Shown in pieces: positions 25,183 through 36,179 of a DNA stretch of 64,000 nucleotides (positions are counted from its first letter, which is position 1; each line of letters opens with the position of its first letter). The notes under the pieces were generated by a model. That model was not told the DNA's origin. It was given only the letters and a program-made list of their open reading frames with translations, and made no database searches. The position numbers and the translations under genes were made by a program. The DNA is from Thermodesulfobacteriota bacterium (GTDB lineage: Bacteria; Desulfobacterota_D; UBA1144; Nemesobacterales; JAJCZQ01), in the NCBI GenBank assembly GCA_965203965.1, contig CBDBDR010000017.1:378801-442800 (forward strand). Direction: 5' to 3'.

Positions 25183-25899
25183 TTGATAATTTATGGTAAA
25201 AATACTGTGTATGAGGTTTTAAATTACGATCCTGCCTCAGTCAAAGAGATTTTTGTATTACGCAACGTTTCTACAAGAGGAATTGAAAAGATTGTTGAAA
25301 CTGCCAGAAAAAATCAGGTAAAACTGTCTTTTGTGGGGAAAAATAATCTTGATGGGCTTTCCAACAACTCACACCATCAAGGAATAGCAGCGGATGTAAA
25401 AGATTTTGAATATATCAGTTTTCCGGATTTATTGAGAAATAGTAACAACAGTTTTTATCTGTTGCTTGATCGTATAGAAGACCCGAACAACCTTGGAGCA
25501 ATTATAAGAACTGCTGATTTTTTCAACGTTGACGCTGTATTACTTCCAAAGAGCAGAGCAGCGGGTATTACGCCTGCCGTTATGAAAACATCTTGTGGTA
25601 CTGCTGCCACTATTCCGATATGTAGAGTTGCCAATTTGAGAAATGCTATAGATGAACTGAAGAAAAATGACTTCTGGGTAGTAGGTGCAGATAAATCTGC
25701 AAAAAAAGCAGTTTACAATCAGAACATTAGCAGTTTAAAAATTGCACTGGTAATCGGTAACGAGGGTAAGGGTATAAGCAAAAATATTAAGAGTAAATGC
25801 GATTTTCTCGTATCTATTCCCGGTAATGGGAGAGTTGACTCCCTTAACGCCTCCGTTGCATCAGGTATATTGATATATGAGTTGACAAAAGATCAATAG
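25183..25899 (+). CDS. rlmB: 23S rRNA Gm2251 methyltransferase (TrmH/SPOUT)
   Basis: HQGI, DPNNLGAIIRTA, GNEGKG, SLNASVA; TTG start. Confidence 0.88.
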   Translation: MIIYGKNTVYEVLNYDPASVKEIFVLRNVSTRGIEKIVETARKNQVKLSFVGKNNLDGLSNNSHHQGIAADVKDFEYISFPDLLRNSNNSFYLLLDRIEDPNNLGAIIRTADFFNVDAVLLPKSRAAGITPAVMKTSCGTAATIPICRVANLRNAIDELKKNDFWVVGADKSAKKAVYNQNISSLKIALVIGNEGKGISKNIKSKCDFLVSIPGNGRVDSLNASVASGILIYELTKDQ

Positions 25900-25916
25900 G
25901 GGAGATTTTAATAACA

Positions 25917-27311
25917 TTATAATTTATTCAAAAGTTCTCTTATATGTTCAACAGTAGTAAATTTCACGCGAGGTTTCCCCTTTTTTTCTCCTTTTGCTAC
26001 TTCTTCCTTATCTATTTTGAGCCAATCTTCATAGTTGATAGTATCTGAATCTTCTACCTTGTTTTTTCTTATCAATGCTTCTACTTTATCTGAGTTGGGA
26101 AATTCAGGGGAAAGTGTCTTATTATTCTCAATATCCTCAATCATTGCTGATACCGTTTCTGCCGAATCTGTCTTATTTGTTCCTATAACGCCTGTGGGTC
26201 CGCGTTTTATCCATCCAGCAGTGTATAAGCCTTTGATATTATTGCCTTTAAGTTCTGTTATCCTGCCTTTTTGGTTTGGTATGACTCCATGAACTTCATC
26301 AAAAGGTATACCAGCAAGAGGGGTTCCATAATATCCTATGGAACGGAACACTGTGCCTGCTTCAAGTATTTCATATTCACCAGTAGGTTTTGGTCTCAGT
26401 GAACCATTATCAGACATAAACAGTTTGTTTTTAGCCAATTTAATAGCTTTAACACCACCTTTGTCATCAGGCAGAAGCTGCAAGGGTGATAGGAAAAATC
26501 TGAGAGTGAGACATTTATTTTTAGTCCAGTTGTTATTTGAAATATCTTTCAGTATTTCCACTTTTCTTTCCGTTGTTTTGTCTGGATTTTCTGATAAATA
26601 ACGGGAAGTTATCTCATCAAGTTCAACTTCTTCTTTCAGTGTTATAATATCTGCTTTTTCAAGGTTTTGCAGTTCTTTTATCTCTAAATTTGTAAACGCA
26701 GCTTGTGCCGGCCCACGTCTTCCGATCATATATATTTCTTTCACCTTACTTTTAATTAACTTTTCAAAGGCGTAATCAGTAATATCTGTTACTGAAAGCT
26801 CGTCTTTGGATCTGCAAAGTATTCTTGCCACATCAACTGCCACGTTGCCCATACCTATAATTACTACTTTTTCCACGTTCAGATCAAAATCAAGTTTTGC
26901 ATAACCCGGATGACCGTTATACCATGCAATAAACTCCGTTGCAGTGTAACTTCTTTTCAGATTCTCCCCCTCTATGTTCATCCTCCTATCCGCCTGCGTG
27001 CCGGTGGCAAAAATTATCTGGTGATAATGCTTTTTCATGTCTTCAAGGGTAATGTCGATTCCAAATTCAACCAAACCGTAAAACCTAAATCTCGGATTTT
27101 CTGCAATTTTGCTGTAAACCTTTGTAACGGTTTTTATCTTTTGGTGATCAGGAGCTACACCAGACCTGACGAGTCCAAAAGGTGTTGGCAGCTTGTCATA
27201 CATGTCAATTTCAATATTTAAGTTCTTATTGTTAAACAGATGACCTGCCGAGAAAAACCCCGCGGGTCCAGAACCTATAATGGCTATTCTGTATTGATTT
27301 TTATGACTCAT
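25917..27311 (-). CDS. ferredoxin--NADP+ reductase (FprA/adrenodoxin reductase-like)
   Basis: GSGPAG, PFGLVRSGVAPDH, GMGNVAVDVAR, GRRGPAQAAFT, GWIKRGPTGVIG. Confidence 0.92.
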   Translation of the reverse strand: MSHKNQYRIAIIGSGPAGFFSAGHLFNNKNLNIEIDMYDKLPTPFGLVRSGVAPDHQKIKTVTKVYSKIAENPRFRFYGLVEFGIDITLEDMKKHYHQIIFATGTQADRRMNIEGENLKRSYTATEFIAWYNGHPGYAKLDFDLNVEKVVIIGMGNVAVDVARILCRSKDELSVTDITDYAFEKLIKSKVKEIYMIGRRGPAQAAFTNLEIKELQNLEKADIITLKEEVELDEITSRYLSENPDKTTERKVEILKDISNNNWTKNKCLTLRFFLSPLQLLPDDKGGVKAIKLAKNKLFMSDNGSLRPKPTGEYEILEAGTVFRSIGYYGTPLAGIPFDEVHGVIPNQKGRITELKGNNIKGLYTAGWIKRGPTGVIGTNKTDSAETVSAMIEDIENNKTLSPEFPNSDKVEALIRKNKVEDSDTINYEDWLKIDKEEVAKGEKKGKPRVKFTTVEHIRELLNKL

Positions 27312-27496
27312 TGTATTCTCAAACTCTCTGATTTAATGGGTGAAAACAAGTTTCAGTCTTATCTTTTCATAACAACCGTTTTTTATGATTATATCTTATT
27401 GGGAATATTGGTTGATAAGTTATAATTTAACTTTGCAACTTAATATTTCAATGAAATCATCAAACAGCTATTTGTATAGCTTATTTGGACTTGATT

Positions 27497-29791
27497 ATGG
27501 TAACACGAAATTTAATTGACAGAGAGCATCTTCATTTAAAGTTAGTGCATGAGATCAGTGACTTAATCAACAAGTCAAGTGGATTAGAAAATATTCTTAA
27601 GAGCGTTGTGGATAAAATTGGTGATTCTCTTAACTTTGATGTTGTCTCTGTCTACGTTTGGGATAAAAAAGGAAAGGAACTCGTATTAAGATCAACAAGT
27701 GGGTTGAAAATTGTTGAAAATGGGATTGCTCTAAAATCAAACGAAGGTCTAACGGGGTTGGTTTACAATACGATGAGACCCTTGACTATTACTCCTGCTT
27801 CACGTCATCCAAACTATAAATATTTTCCCGGAACAGGTGAGGAAAAATATGAGAGCTACATGGGTATTCCTGTCATACTTCACAACAAGTGTGTAGGAGT
27901 GTTGGTAGGTCAAACTATTGAGTCACGGTATATAAACCCGGCGGAAGAAATTCTGTTCCAGATAATTGCGTTAAGACTGGCAGGACTGCTTGAGGTTGCT
28001 GATACACTGGAACGACTTAAAACACCATCAATATTAAAGCATGAAACCAAGACTTATCAGGGCAAAGGTGTGTCTTCAGGGCTTGGGATAGGAAGTGCAT
28101 TTTTGATGAGAGGGCTTTTTCACCAAATACGCAATGAAAGCTCTATCAAACCGTCTTCACGAGAAGAGGAAGCAAATAGACTCTCTCGCTCTTTTAAGAA
28201 CGTTGAAAATGAACTGAATGAGCTTATAGACAATCTTTCAACGGGGAGCATTCTTTCAGAAAGTGAAATAGATATATTTAACACCCATTTAATGGTATTA
28301 AACAGTGATTCCCTGTGGAAAAACATATACGGTAAGTTGCAGCAAGATAGAATCACTGCCGAGCAGGCAGTTGTATCGGGAATAGAAATGATTGCCAGAC
28401 AATTTGAAAATCTTAATGACAGATATCTCAGGGATAAAGCACAGGATTTTAGGGATATTGGGGAAAGACTGCTTCATGATCTTGCAGGTTCTAAAAGTAA
28501 AAAAAACATTCCCGTTAACTCCAGTGAAAGAGTAGTGCTAATTACTGATGAGATCGGGACATCATTTATATCCATGCTGATTAAAAACAATATTGCAGCA
28601 ATTATTACAGAAAAAGGTGGTGAAACCTCGCATGCGGTGATAATAGCAAAATCTCTCGGAATACCACTGGTTGTAGGTATTGAAAGAATATGTGATTTGA
28701 TCAACCCTGGTCAAAAGATGATAGTTGACGGAACAACGGGGTTTGTATTTGTGAATCCTGACGACATTCTCATAGAGGAATATGAAAATACAGAAAAGAA
28801 ATTAGTTTCATTAAAAGAGAAAATTGAAGAAGGCAACATAGGAAATTATAACCCACTGAATGTAAATATTACTGCAAATATAGGGTTCCCCATTGATATA
28901 GAGCTTGCAAAGCATTATGAGATTGAAAACGTGGGACTTTTCAGAACTGAATTTGCATTCACGCAGTTTGAAAAATGGCCCAGGGTAAAAGACCAAATAA
29001 AAATATACAAAGAGGTTTCCAAACATTTTAATGGTGTGGTGAATATAAGAACTCTTGACATAGGAGCGGACAAGATACTGCCTTACTTCAATATTCCAGA
29101 GGAGGAAAATCCTTTGCTTGGATTGAGATCCATACGGTTTTCAATGGAATATCTTGATCTGTTCAAAGACCAAATTAAAGCAATTTTGCTTTCCATAAGA
29201 AAAGGGTGCAAACTCAGGATACTGCTGCCGATGATCTCCTACATGTGGGAAGTGGAAACTGCCACCCGTATTATTGAGGATACCGCAAATGAAATAGGTC
29301 TTAACAGAAACGATATACCTTCACTTGGGCTGATGATAGAAGTTCCCGCTCTGGTTTACCAGCTTGAGGATTATAAAGATATTGTGGATTTTATTTCGGT
29401 CGGCACAAATGATTTGATTCAGTATATTCTTGCCGTTGATAGAAATTCAAACGCCGTAGGTCATCTCTATTCCTCTTTTCACCCGGCAGTATTAAGAATT
29501 ATGGACGATATATACCAGAAATCACTGTCACTTGGTATGGAAGTATCCGTCTGTGGTGAAATGGCAGGATCTCCCTCAGGAGCTTTAATGCTACTTGCGC
29601 TTGGATACAAGAATTTGAGTGTATCCCCCTCAAAAGCTCCTCTTGTAAGATTCCTTATGAGGAGACTTGATCGGGAAACCGTCAAGCAAATAAGGTCTGA
29701 AATAGTAACACAAAAAAAGAAGGTAGAGATTGAACGTTATATCTATGAAATGCTGGAGAGCATAGACCCTTTGCTAATCACACTTGAATAG
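27497..29791 (+). CDS. ptsP: phosphoenolpyruvate--protein phosphotransferase with N-terminal GAF (EI-Ntr type)
   Basis: N-terminal GAF, TSHA phospho-His, GLFRTEF, RTLDIGADK, GTNDL, VCGEMA. Confidence 0.9.
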   Translation: MVTRNLIDREHLHLKLVHEISDLINKSSGLENILKSVVDKIGDSLNFDVVSVYVWDKKGKELVLRSTSGLKIVENGIALKSNEGLTGLVYNTMRPLTITPASRHPNYKYFPGTGEEKYESYMGIPVILHNKCVGVLVGQTIESRYINPAEEILFQIIALRLAGLLEVADTLERLKTPSILKHETKTYQGKGVSSGLGIGSAFLMRGLFHQIRNESSIKPSSREEEANRLSRSFKNVENELNELIDNLSTGSILSESEIDIFNTHLMVLNSDSLWKNIYGKLQQDRITAEQAVVSGIEMIARQFENLNDRYLRDKAQDFRDIGERLLHDLAGSKSKKNIPVNSSERVVLITDEIGTSFISMLIKNNIAAIITEKGGETSHAVIIAKSLGIPLVVGIERICDLINPGQKMIVDGTTGFVFVNPDDILIEEYENTEKKLVSLKEKIEEGNIGNYNPLNVNITANIGFPIDIELAKHYEIENVGLFRTEFAFTQFEKWPRVKDQIKIYKEVSKHFNGVVNIRTLDIGADKILPYFNIPEEENPLLGLRSIRFSMEYLDLFKDQIKAILLSIRKGCKLRILLPMISYMWEVETATRIIEDTANEIGLNRNDIPSLGLMIEVPALVYQLEDYKDIVDFISVGTNDLIQYILAVDRNSNAVGHLYSSFHPAVLRIMDDIYQKSLSLGMEVSVCGEMAGSPSGALMLLALGYKNLSVSPSKAPLVRFLMRRLDRETVKQIRSEIVTQKKKVEIERYIYEMLESIDPLLITLE

Positions 29792-29833
29792 TTAATGGCA
29801 AGGTGATTTGAGCCCACTCGTCCAGTTGTAACA

Positions 29834-30742
29834 ATGAAACTTACAGTAATTCATATAATACTTTTTGTTGCGACAGTTTTCACTACTTTTTTCTCCGGGT
29901 ATTTGCAGGGAGGAAGTATTGAAAGTGGCATACATTTTTCCCTTTCAATTATGTTCATACTTGGTTCACATGAGTTTGGTCATTACTTTTATGCAAGAAA
30001 ATACGGGGTTTTGGTATCTCCACCTTATTTTATACCTGTGCCTCCGCCATTTATAGCTGGTACAATGGGAGCTTTTATAAAGATCAAATCGCAAATAACG
30101 TCAAATAGAGCACTGTTTGACATTGGTGTTGCCGGGCCGCTGTTTGGAATAGTTGCCTCATTGCCTGTTTTGATAATTGGATTGAAGTTATCGGAAGTTG
30201 TTCCTTTGATAGAATTTGAGAATGATTCCGTCTCTTTTGTCAAATTAGGTTCATCACTGATCTTTGAACTGTTTGTTAGAGTAGTTTTCGGAAATGGAGG
30301 TATAAAAGACGGATATGAAATAATGCTGCATCCTGTTGCCTTTGCGGGATGGATAGGGCTTTTTATAACTGCTCTCAACCTTATACCATCAGGTCAACTT
30401 GACGGTGGACACCTCGTGTTTTCGCTGTTCAGCAAGAAAGCGCATTTACTTGTCTCCCGAATATCAATAGTTCTTCTTATTATCCTTGGACTTGGCACAA
30501 AGCCGTTTGTATATCTGCTTGAAGCCATGGGAATGGACGGTGGGGGTATAAACAGCAGTTACATATTTCAAGGATGGCCTGGCTGGTTGATCTGGGCATT
30601 AGCATTGAAACTCATAGGAACGCGTCATCCTCCCAGTATTTATGAGGAAAAAGAAATTGGATTTAATAGAAAACTGCTTGCCTTTCTGTCGCTTTTAATA
30701 TTGATAGGGTGCTTTATTCCCGTTCCGCTTGCAATAAATTAG
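29834..30742 (+). CDS. site-2 protease (M50) family membrane metalloprotease
   Basis: HEFGH, AGP, NLIPSGQLDGGH. Confidence 0.92.
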   Translation: MKLTVIHIILFVATVFTTFFSGYLQGGSIESGIHFSLSIMFILGSHEFGHYFYARKYGVLVSPPYFIPVPPPFIAGTMGAFIKIKSQITSNRALFDIGVAGPLFGIVASLPVLIIGLKLSEVVPLIEFENDSVSFVKLGSSLIFELFVRVVFGNGGIKDGYEIMLHPVAFAGWIGLFITALNLIPSGQLDGGHLVFSLFSKKAHLLVSRISIVLLIILGLGTKPFVYLLEAMGMDGGGINSSYIFQGWPGWLIWALALKLIGTRHPPSIYEEKEIGFNRKLLAFLSLLILIGCFIPVPLAIN

Positions 30743-30758
30743 ATAGTAACAACTGTTA

Positions 30759-32777
30759 TTATGATTTTAACAACTCGTTTAACTCTTCTTGGTTGATTGT
30801 TTTAATACCAAGTCTGTTTGCTCTATCCAGTTTTGAGCCTGGATTCTCACCGTAAAGCACGTAGTCAGTTTTTCCTGAGATGGAAGACACAACCTTGCCG
30901 CCGTTTTTTTCAATTAATATTTTTACCGCATCCCTGCTATGGTTTTCCAATGTTCCAGTAATAACAAAAGTGAGACTTTGTAGACTATTTCCTATTATAT
31001 TCTTACGATCATTATCAATGCAAACCCCAGACTCTAAGATCTTATTTATTATCTGAATATTTTTCTCGTTTTTGAAAAAATTTATGATACTTTCTGCCAT
31101 TTCATGTCCAATGCCACGCAGGGCAGTCAACTGCTTATAAGAGGCATTTTTCAACTCTTCCCAGCCGCTAAAATTCTGTGCAAGCAACTGTGCTGCACTC
31201 CATCCTATGTGTTTAATGCTCAGGGAATTTATAAACCTTTCAAAGTTCACGTTTTTACTCTTTCGTATATTTTCAATGAGTTTCCCTGAAGACTTATCTG
31301 CAAATCCCTCAAGATCAGTTAAATCCTCTTTCTGCAAATAAAAGACACTCCCCAGATCGGTCAGTAAATTTTTTTCTACAAGCTGGGCAACTACCTTTTC
31401 TCCGAGTCCCTCAATATCAAATGAGCTTTTTGAGACAAGATGCTGTATTTTTCCCTTTAGTTGTGCACTGCAAGAGACATTTGAGCAGTAGATATAAACA
31501 TTTTCCCGTTCGATTGCTGAATTGCATACAGGGCAATGCCTGGGCATTGTAAAGATCTTTTCCTTCCCAGTGCGTTTTTCCACAATTGGTTTGACAACAT
31601 CTGGAATTACGTCGCCTGACCTCTGAACTACTACCTTATCTCCAACCCTGATGTCCTTGTATTTAATAATGTTTTCCGTATGCAGGGAAGCACGTTTAAC
31701 GGTTATTCCACCTATATTCACTGGTTCTAACTCGGCAACCGGTGTCAGTAGACCGACTCTACCCACTTGTACGGTAATGCCGTTTATCACGGTAACAGCC
31801 TGACGGGGTTTGAACTTGAAAGCCACACACCACCTTGGATGTTTTGCAGTTGAACCGAGAATGCCCTGCAGTTTTATATCATCTACTTTTATCACTACAC
31901 CATCCACTTCATAACCAAAATTTTCCCTGTTTTCTTCCATTCTGTGATGATAGGAAATTGCCTCGCCGATATTACGGCATGTCTCAATCTTGTTTTCCAC
32001 CTTGAATCCCCATTTTTCTAACCGTTTAACTACCTCTGTTTCTTTTTTAAACATGCGACCTGTAACGTGCCCGGTTCCCCATGCGTAAAAATCCAGAGGT
32101 CTTTTTGCTGTTACGCCTGAATCAAACTGTCTTAACGCACCTGAAGCCGCATTTCTCGGATTGGCAAATAGAGGCTCACCATCCTTTGCCAACTGCTTAT
32201 TCAGGTTGTTAAATGACTTGATCGGGTATATAACCTCTCCCCGTATTTCGATCAACTGTGGTGGTTCTAAATCATTTCTGAGTTTTAACGGTATAGAACC
32301 AATAGTCTTTATATTATTAGTAATTTCCTCACCGGTTTTTCCATCTCCCCTTGTCGCGGCGTGAGCCAGTATACCTTTTTTATAAGTGATGGAAGCAGAA
32401 ACACCATCAAACTTGGGTTGTCCCACAAACTGTATATCATCACTGCTTTCAAGAGACCTCTTTATCCTGCCGTCAAAGTCGGCAGCCTCGTTTTCATTCA
32501 TAATGTTATCCATGCTCATCATGGGAGAAATATGCTCATAAGGTGTAAAACCATCTGCCACAATTCCTCCTATTTTCTTTGATGGTGAATCGGGGATAGC
32601 AAATTCGGGATACTTGTTCTCTAAATCAATCAACTCTTGCAGCAATTTGTCAAATTCCTGGTCGGAGATTAGCGGGTTGTTCTCCACGTAATAATGGTAA
32701 TTGTGTTCATTCAGCTCCGAGACCAGATATAAAATTCTCTCCCTGATTTTCTCGGGAGATATGTTTTTATTCATCAT
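30759..32777 (-). CDS. ligA: NAD-dependent DNA ligase
   Basis: KFDG adenylation motif, RGEV, NPRNAASG, Zn finger CPVC..C..C, HhH repeats, C-terminal BRCT. Confidence 0.97.
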   Translation of the reverse strand: MMNKNISPEKIRERILYLVSELNEHNYHYYVENNPLISDQEFDKLLQELIDLENKYPEFAIPDSPSKKIGGIVADGFTPYEHISPMMSMDNIMNENEAADFDGRIKRSLESSDDIQFVGQPKFDGVSASITYKKGILAHAATRGDGKTGEEITNNIKTIGSIPLKLRNDLEPPQLIEIRGEVIYPIKSFNNLNKQLAKDGEPLFANPRNAASGALRQFDSGVTAKRPLDFYAWGTGHVTGRMFKKETEVVKRLEKWGFKVENKIETCRNIGEAISYHHRMEENRENFGYEVDGVVIKVDDIKLQGILGSTAKHPRWCVAFKFKPRQAVTVINGITVQVGRVGLLTPVAELEPVNIGGITVKRASLHTENIIKYKDIRVGDKVVVQRSGDVIPDVVKPIVEKRTGKEKIFTMPRHCPVCNSAIERENVYIYCSNVSCSAQLKGKIQHLVSKSSFDIEGLGEKVVAQLVEKNLLTDLGSVFYLQKEDLTDLEGFADKSSGKLIENIRKSKNVNFERFINSLSIKHIGWSAAQLLAQNFSGWEELKNASYKQLTALRGIGHEMAESIINFFKNEKNIQIINKILESGVCIDNDRKNIIGNSLQSLTFVITGTLENHSRDAVKILIEKNGGKVVSSISGKTDYVLYGENPGSKLDRANRLGIKTINQEELNELLKS

Positions 32778-34465
32778 CTAAAGTTGTTGATCCAGCTTTC
32801 TATATTTTGCAGATGGGCGGTATTTACGACGTCGTCCTTTTTTGCCCAACCTCTTCTAGCTGTTGTGACACCATATCTCATTTGTGCGAGCTGACCAATG
32901 TGATGAGCATCAGTTGAAATAATGAGCTTCACTCCTTTGTCAACTGCTTTCTTTACGTGCTCGTCTTTCAGGTCAAGTCTCATGAAAGAAGAGTTGACCT
33001 CAAGCGCCTTACCGTGTTTCAAAGCTGTATTTATTACTTCATCAATATCTAGATCATAAGGATTTCGTTCACCTATAAGTCTTCCGGTTGGATGCCCCAG
33101 TGCAGCAACATAAGGATTGCTCAGTGCAGTTGTTATTCTTTCGGTCATCTTATCCCCATTCATTTTGAAATTGCTGTGCACCGACACAACAATCATATCA
33201 AGTTTTTTTAGCACTTCATCTGTATAATCCAGTTCACCATCCGGCTTTATATCAACTTCTGATCCCATAATTATTCTGATCCCTTCAACGGCCATATCCG
33301 CTTCTTTAACTTCTTCCCATTTCTGATTCAATCTATCTATATCCAAACCATTTGCGATACGTGATGATACCGAGTGATCGGTAACTGCTATGTATTCATA
33401 TCCAAGTCGTTTAGCTTCAATTGCCATTTCCTTTATTGTGGATCTGCCATCGCTCCAAGTGCTGTGAGTATGTAGATCACCCCTAATATCCTTGAGTTCA
33501 ATCAGGTCCCCGAACTTACCTGATATTGACAGCTCTATTTCTCCTTTATTCTCTCTTATTTCCGGGGGGATATAAGGCATATTGAGCTTTTTATAAAGAT
33601 CGGCTTCCGAATTAAAATTGCTTTTTTCTATCTCAATATTTTTCTGAATTGCCAGTTCTTTGATTCTTTCGACGTGTTCTTTTGAGCCGGTGCTGATAAA
33701 CGCCGAAGAGACAAGATACTCCGTAGGACTGAAATCTATTTTTACCATTATGTTCTTGTCCAGTAAAAGAGAGAGGTGATACTTGTCGTCTTTTAGTATC
33801 TTTTTTACAAACGGCAAGCGGGTAATTGATGTCTTTACCGAAGTTACATCATCAGAGCAAACAACGAGTTCTATGCTTTCAACAGTTTCATGTCCTCGTC
33901 TAAGCTCTCCAACTATCTTTACATTTACCACCTTTTTATTTTGTATCAATTCGTCCCTTAGCATCTCTGCAACTTGCAAAGCAAACCCGAGATGTGTTTT
34001 ATCCAGATAGAATTTGAAGAGTTTGATTCCAACCTTGATTTCCTTTATTTTTTTGGAACCAATACCTTTGACTTCCCGTAACTCTGCTCTGTCAATAATT
34101 TTTTCAAGATCATCAAGGCTGCGCACTCCAAAATCTTCATAGAGAGTCCTAAGGAGTTTTGGTCCAATTCCCTGAACGTTAAGTAAATCCAACAGACATT
34201 CTGGTATTTTCTCTTTCAGGTCTTCATAGTATTGGATTTTTGACGTATCAATGAACTCTTTAATTTTCTTTGCAAGGTCTTTGCCTATACCGCTGATGTT
34301 CTCTATCTCATCTTTACCCGGGTAAAATGAAAGGTCTTCATCCAATTGTAGTATGTTTCTTGAAGCGTTTTTGTAAGCACGTATTTTGAAGGGGTTTTCA
34401 TCTGCAATATCAAGCATACGGGCAATATTATTAAAAATACGGGCAATTTCACCGTTAACGTTCAT
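32774..34465 (-). CDS. polX: PolX-PHP family protein with degenerate polymerase active site
   Basis: ENPFKIRAY, HhH motifs, IPPEIRE, PHP motifs HTHSTWSDG/TDHS/HPTGR/STDAH; palm motif reads RRGHETVESIE instead of RRxxETxGDxD. Confidence 0.9.
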   Translation of the reverse strand: MNVNGEIARIFNNIARMLDIADENPFKIRAYKNASRNILQLDEDLSFYPGKDEIENISGIGKDLAKKIKEFIDTSKIQYYEDLKEKIPECLLDLLNVQGIGPKLLRTLYEDFGVRSLDDLEKIIDRAELREVKGIGSKKIKEIKVGIKLFKFYLDKTHLGFALQVAEMLRDELIQNKKVVNVKIVGELRRGHETVESIELVVCSDDVTSVKTSITRLPFVKKILKDDKYHLSLLLDKNIMVKIDFSPTEYLVSSAFISTGSKEHVERIKELAIQKNIEIEKSNFNSEADLYKKLNMPYIPPEIRENKGEIELSISGKFGDLIELKDIRGDLHTHSTWSDGRSTIKEMAIEAKRLGYEYIAVTDHSVSSRIANGLDIDRLNQKWEEVKEADMAVEGIRIIMGSEVDIKPDGELDYTDEVLKKLDMIVVSVHSNFKMNGDKMTERITTALSNPYVAALGHPTGRLIGERNPYDLDIDEVINTALKHGKALEVNSSFMRLDLKDEHVKKAVDKGVKLIISTDAHHIGQLAQMRYGVTTARRGWAKKDDVVNTAHLQNIESWINNFR

Positions 34466-34475
34466 TATGAGAGGT

Positions 34476-36179
34476 TCAAATGTTTTTTGAAACCGTGTGA
34501 ATTTCAGAGGAATATTTTTTTATACCTTCATATATGCCCTGTGCTATCCTTGTTCTATACTTGGAATTATTGAGCCTTTTCTCTTCTGTTGGATTGGTTA
34601 TGAAGGAAGTTTCAACAAGTATGCTTGGAATATCAGCGCCAATTAGAACAATAAAAGGTGCCTTCTTGACGCCTTTATTCTTAAAATATTTGTATCTTGA
34701 CGACACGTTTTTGTAAATTGAGTTTTGGACGTGTTTTGCGAATTTTTCAGATTCTTCAATTTTGGAACTTAAAAGGTATTTTTGCAGTATGTTGTCAAGG
34801 TCACTGAGCCTTCTTGTAGTAGTAGCGTTTTCCCTCGCTGCAACTTCAAGTGATCTTTTATTCTTCGTAAAACTTAAAATATAGGACTCTGAACCTATGG
34901 CTTTCTTATTCTTTGAAGCATTGCAGTGAATTGAAATAAATAGGTCAGCATTGAGCTTTTGAGCAATGGCAGTTCTTTCTTCAAGTGAGATAAAACGGTC
35001 AGTTGATCTTGTTAGGTAAACTTTTTCTATACCAATTTCCTTTCCCTTTTTTTCAATTATATTTTTAAGTTCTTTGGCTATCTTTAAGTTGATATGTTTT
35101 TCTTTAATTCCCCTTGGTCCTATTGCACCTGGGTCATGTCCTCCATGTCCCGGATCTATCACGACTGTTCTTATTTTTAACCCGAGAGCCTGCCTGATGC
35201 TGCCAACCTGTTCAGTGGATGGAAAAGTATCGACTTTCTGATTTGGTTGTTTCTTCAAAGGTGATTTGGCAGATCTTGATGCTTTGCCTTCTATATCCAT
35301 TATGATTCTGAATGGATTTTGCAATGAAAAAACCTTATAGTCATCAAAGCTGTTTATATACAAAACCACACGGTATTTGTCCCTTGTGTTCTTGCTGTGT
35401 TTTATATCTTCAAGCAGACCTCTTGTTATAGGTTCCACGTGCAGTTTGTTGTCTGTATAGGTATTGTAAACATCAACATAAAGTCTCGGAGGTTTGTTTA
35501 TGGAGGGATCGGCTCTTAGAAATCTTGAATTGTATGTCGCTTTTTTGTCAAGTTGAATAACAACTCTGGTTGAATCAGGGGTTGACCAGTGTCTGATCTT
35601 TGTTATCTTTGCTCTTTTATCTTTTGACCTTTTATACTTGTATTTATCAATATTTTTCGGCTTGTATCCTGCGAGTCTTTTTTGTGCTTTTTTTGCTATG
35701 CCTGCCATATCACCTCTAGGCATTTTTTCTGTAAGCATCCTATATTCAACATAAGCCTGCGTTCTATTGCCAAGTTCTTCATATATCCTTGCAATTCTGA
35801 TCTGTGCATCATCTGTCAGGTTAATTGAAGGGTAGCTTTCAACAAATCTTTTTGATAAATCTATTGATTTTTCGTATGCAGGTGTTGACTTGAATCTGTT
35901 TCCGATCTCCTCGTATATTTTCCCGGATAGAAACAGCGCACTATGTGCTTTTTTACTGCTTGGATATGTTTCATAAACGCTATAAAATGCCCGGGCTATA
36001 ATTTCCCATATCTCTTTATCCTTTGCTTTTGCGGGATTTGATGCAAGTTGACTGTAAAGCTGATTTGCCTCATTGAATAGTATTGTTCCCTTGTCCTTAG
36101 CTTGAACTTGTGTAAGGTAGCAGGATAGTATTAAGGCAAAAATAGTATATACGATTGTATTGCTTGTTTTTCTATACAC
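34476..36179 (-). CDS. N-acetylmuramoyl-L-alanine amidase (TPR + AMIN + Amidase_3)
   Basis: Signal peptide, TPR-like N-domain, IRHWS..TRVVI, IDPGHGGHDPGA, SIHCNA, PSILVE. Confidence 0.92.
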   Translation of the reverse strand: MYRKTSNTIVYTIFALILSCYLTQVQAKDKGTILFNEANQLYSQLASNPAKAKDKEIWEIIARAFYSVYETYPSSKKAHSALFLSGKIYEEIGNRFKSTPAYEKSIDLSKRFVESYPSINLTDDAQIRIARIYEELGNRTQAYVEYRMLTEKMPRGDMAGIAKKAQKRLAGYKPKNIDKYKYKRSKDKRAKITKIRHWSTPDSTRVVIQLDKKATYNSRFLRADPSINKPPRLYVDVYNTYTDNKLHVEPITRGLLEDIKHSKNTRDKYRVVLYINSFDDYKVFSLQNPFRIIMDIEGKASRSAKSPLKKQPNQKVDTFPSTEQVGSIRQALGLKIRTVVIDPGHGGHDPGAIGPRGIKEKHINLKIAKELKNIIEKKGKEIGIEKVYLTRSTDRFISLEERTAIAQKLNADLFISIHCNASKNKKAIGSESYILSFTKNKRSLEVAARENATTTRRLSDLDNILQKYLLSSKIEESEKFAKHVQNSIYKNVSSRYKYFKNKGVKKAPFIVLIGADIPSILVETSFITNPTEEKRLNNSKYRTRIAQGIYEGIKKYSSEIHTVSKNI

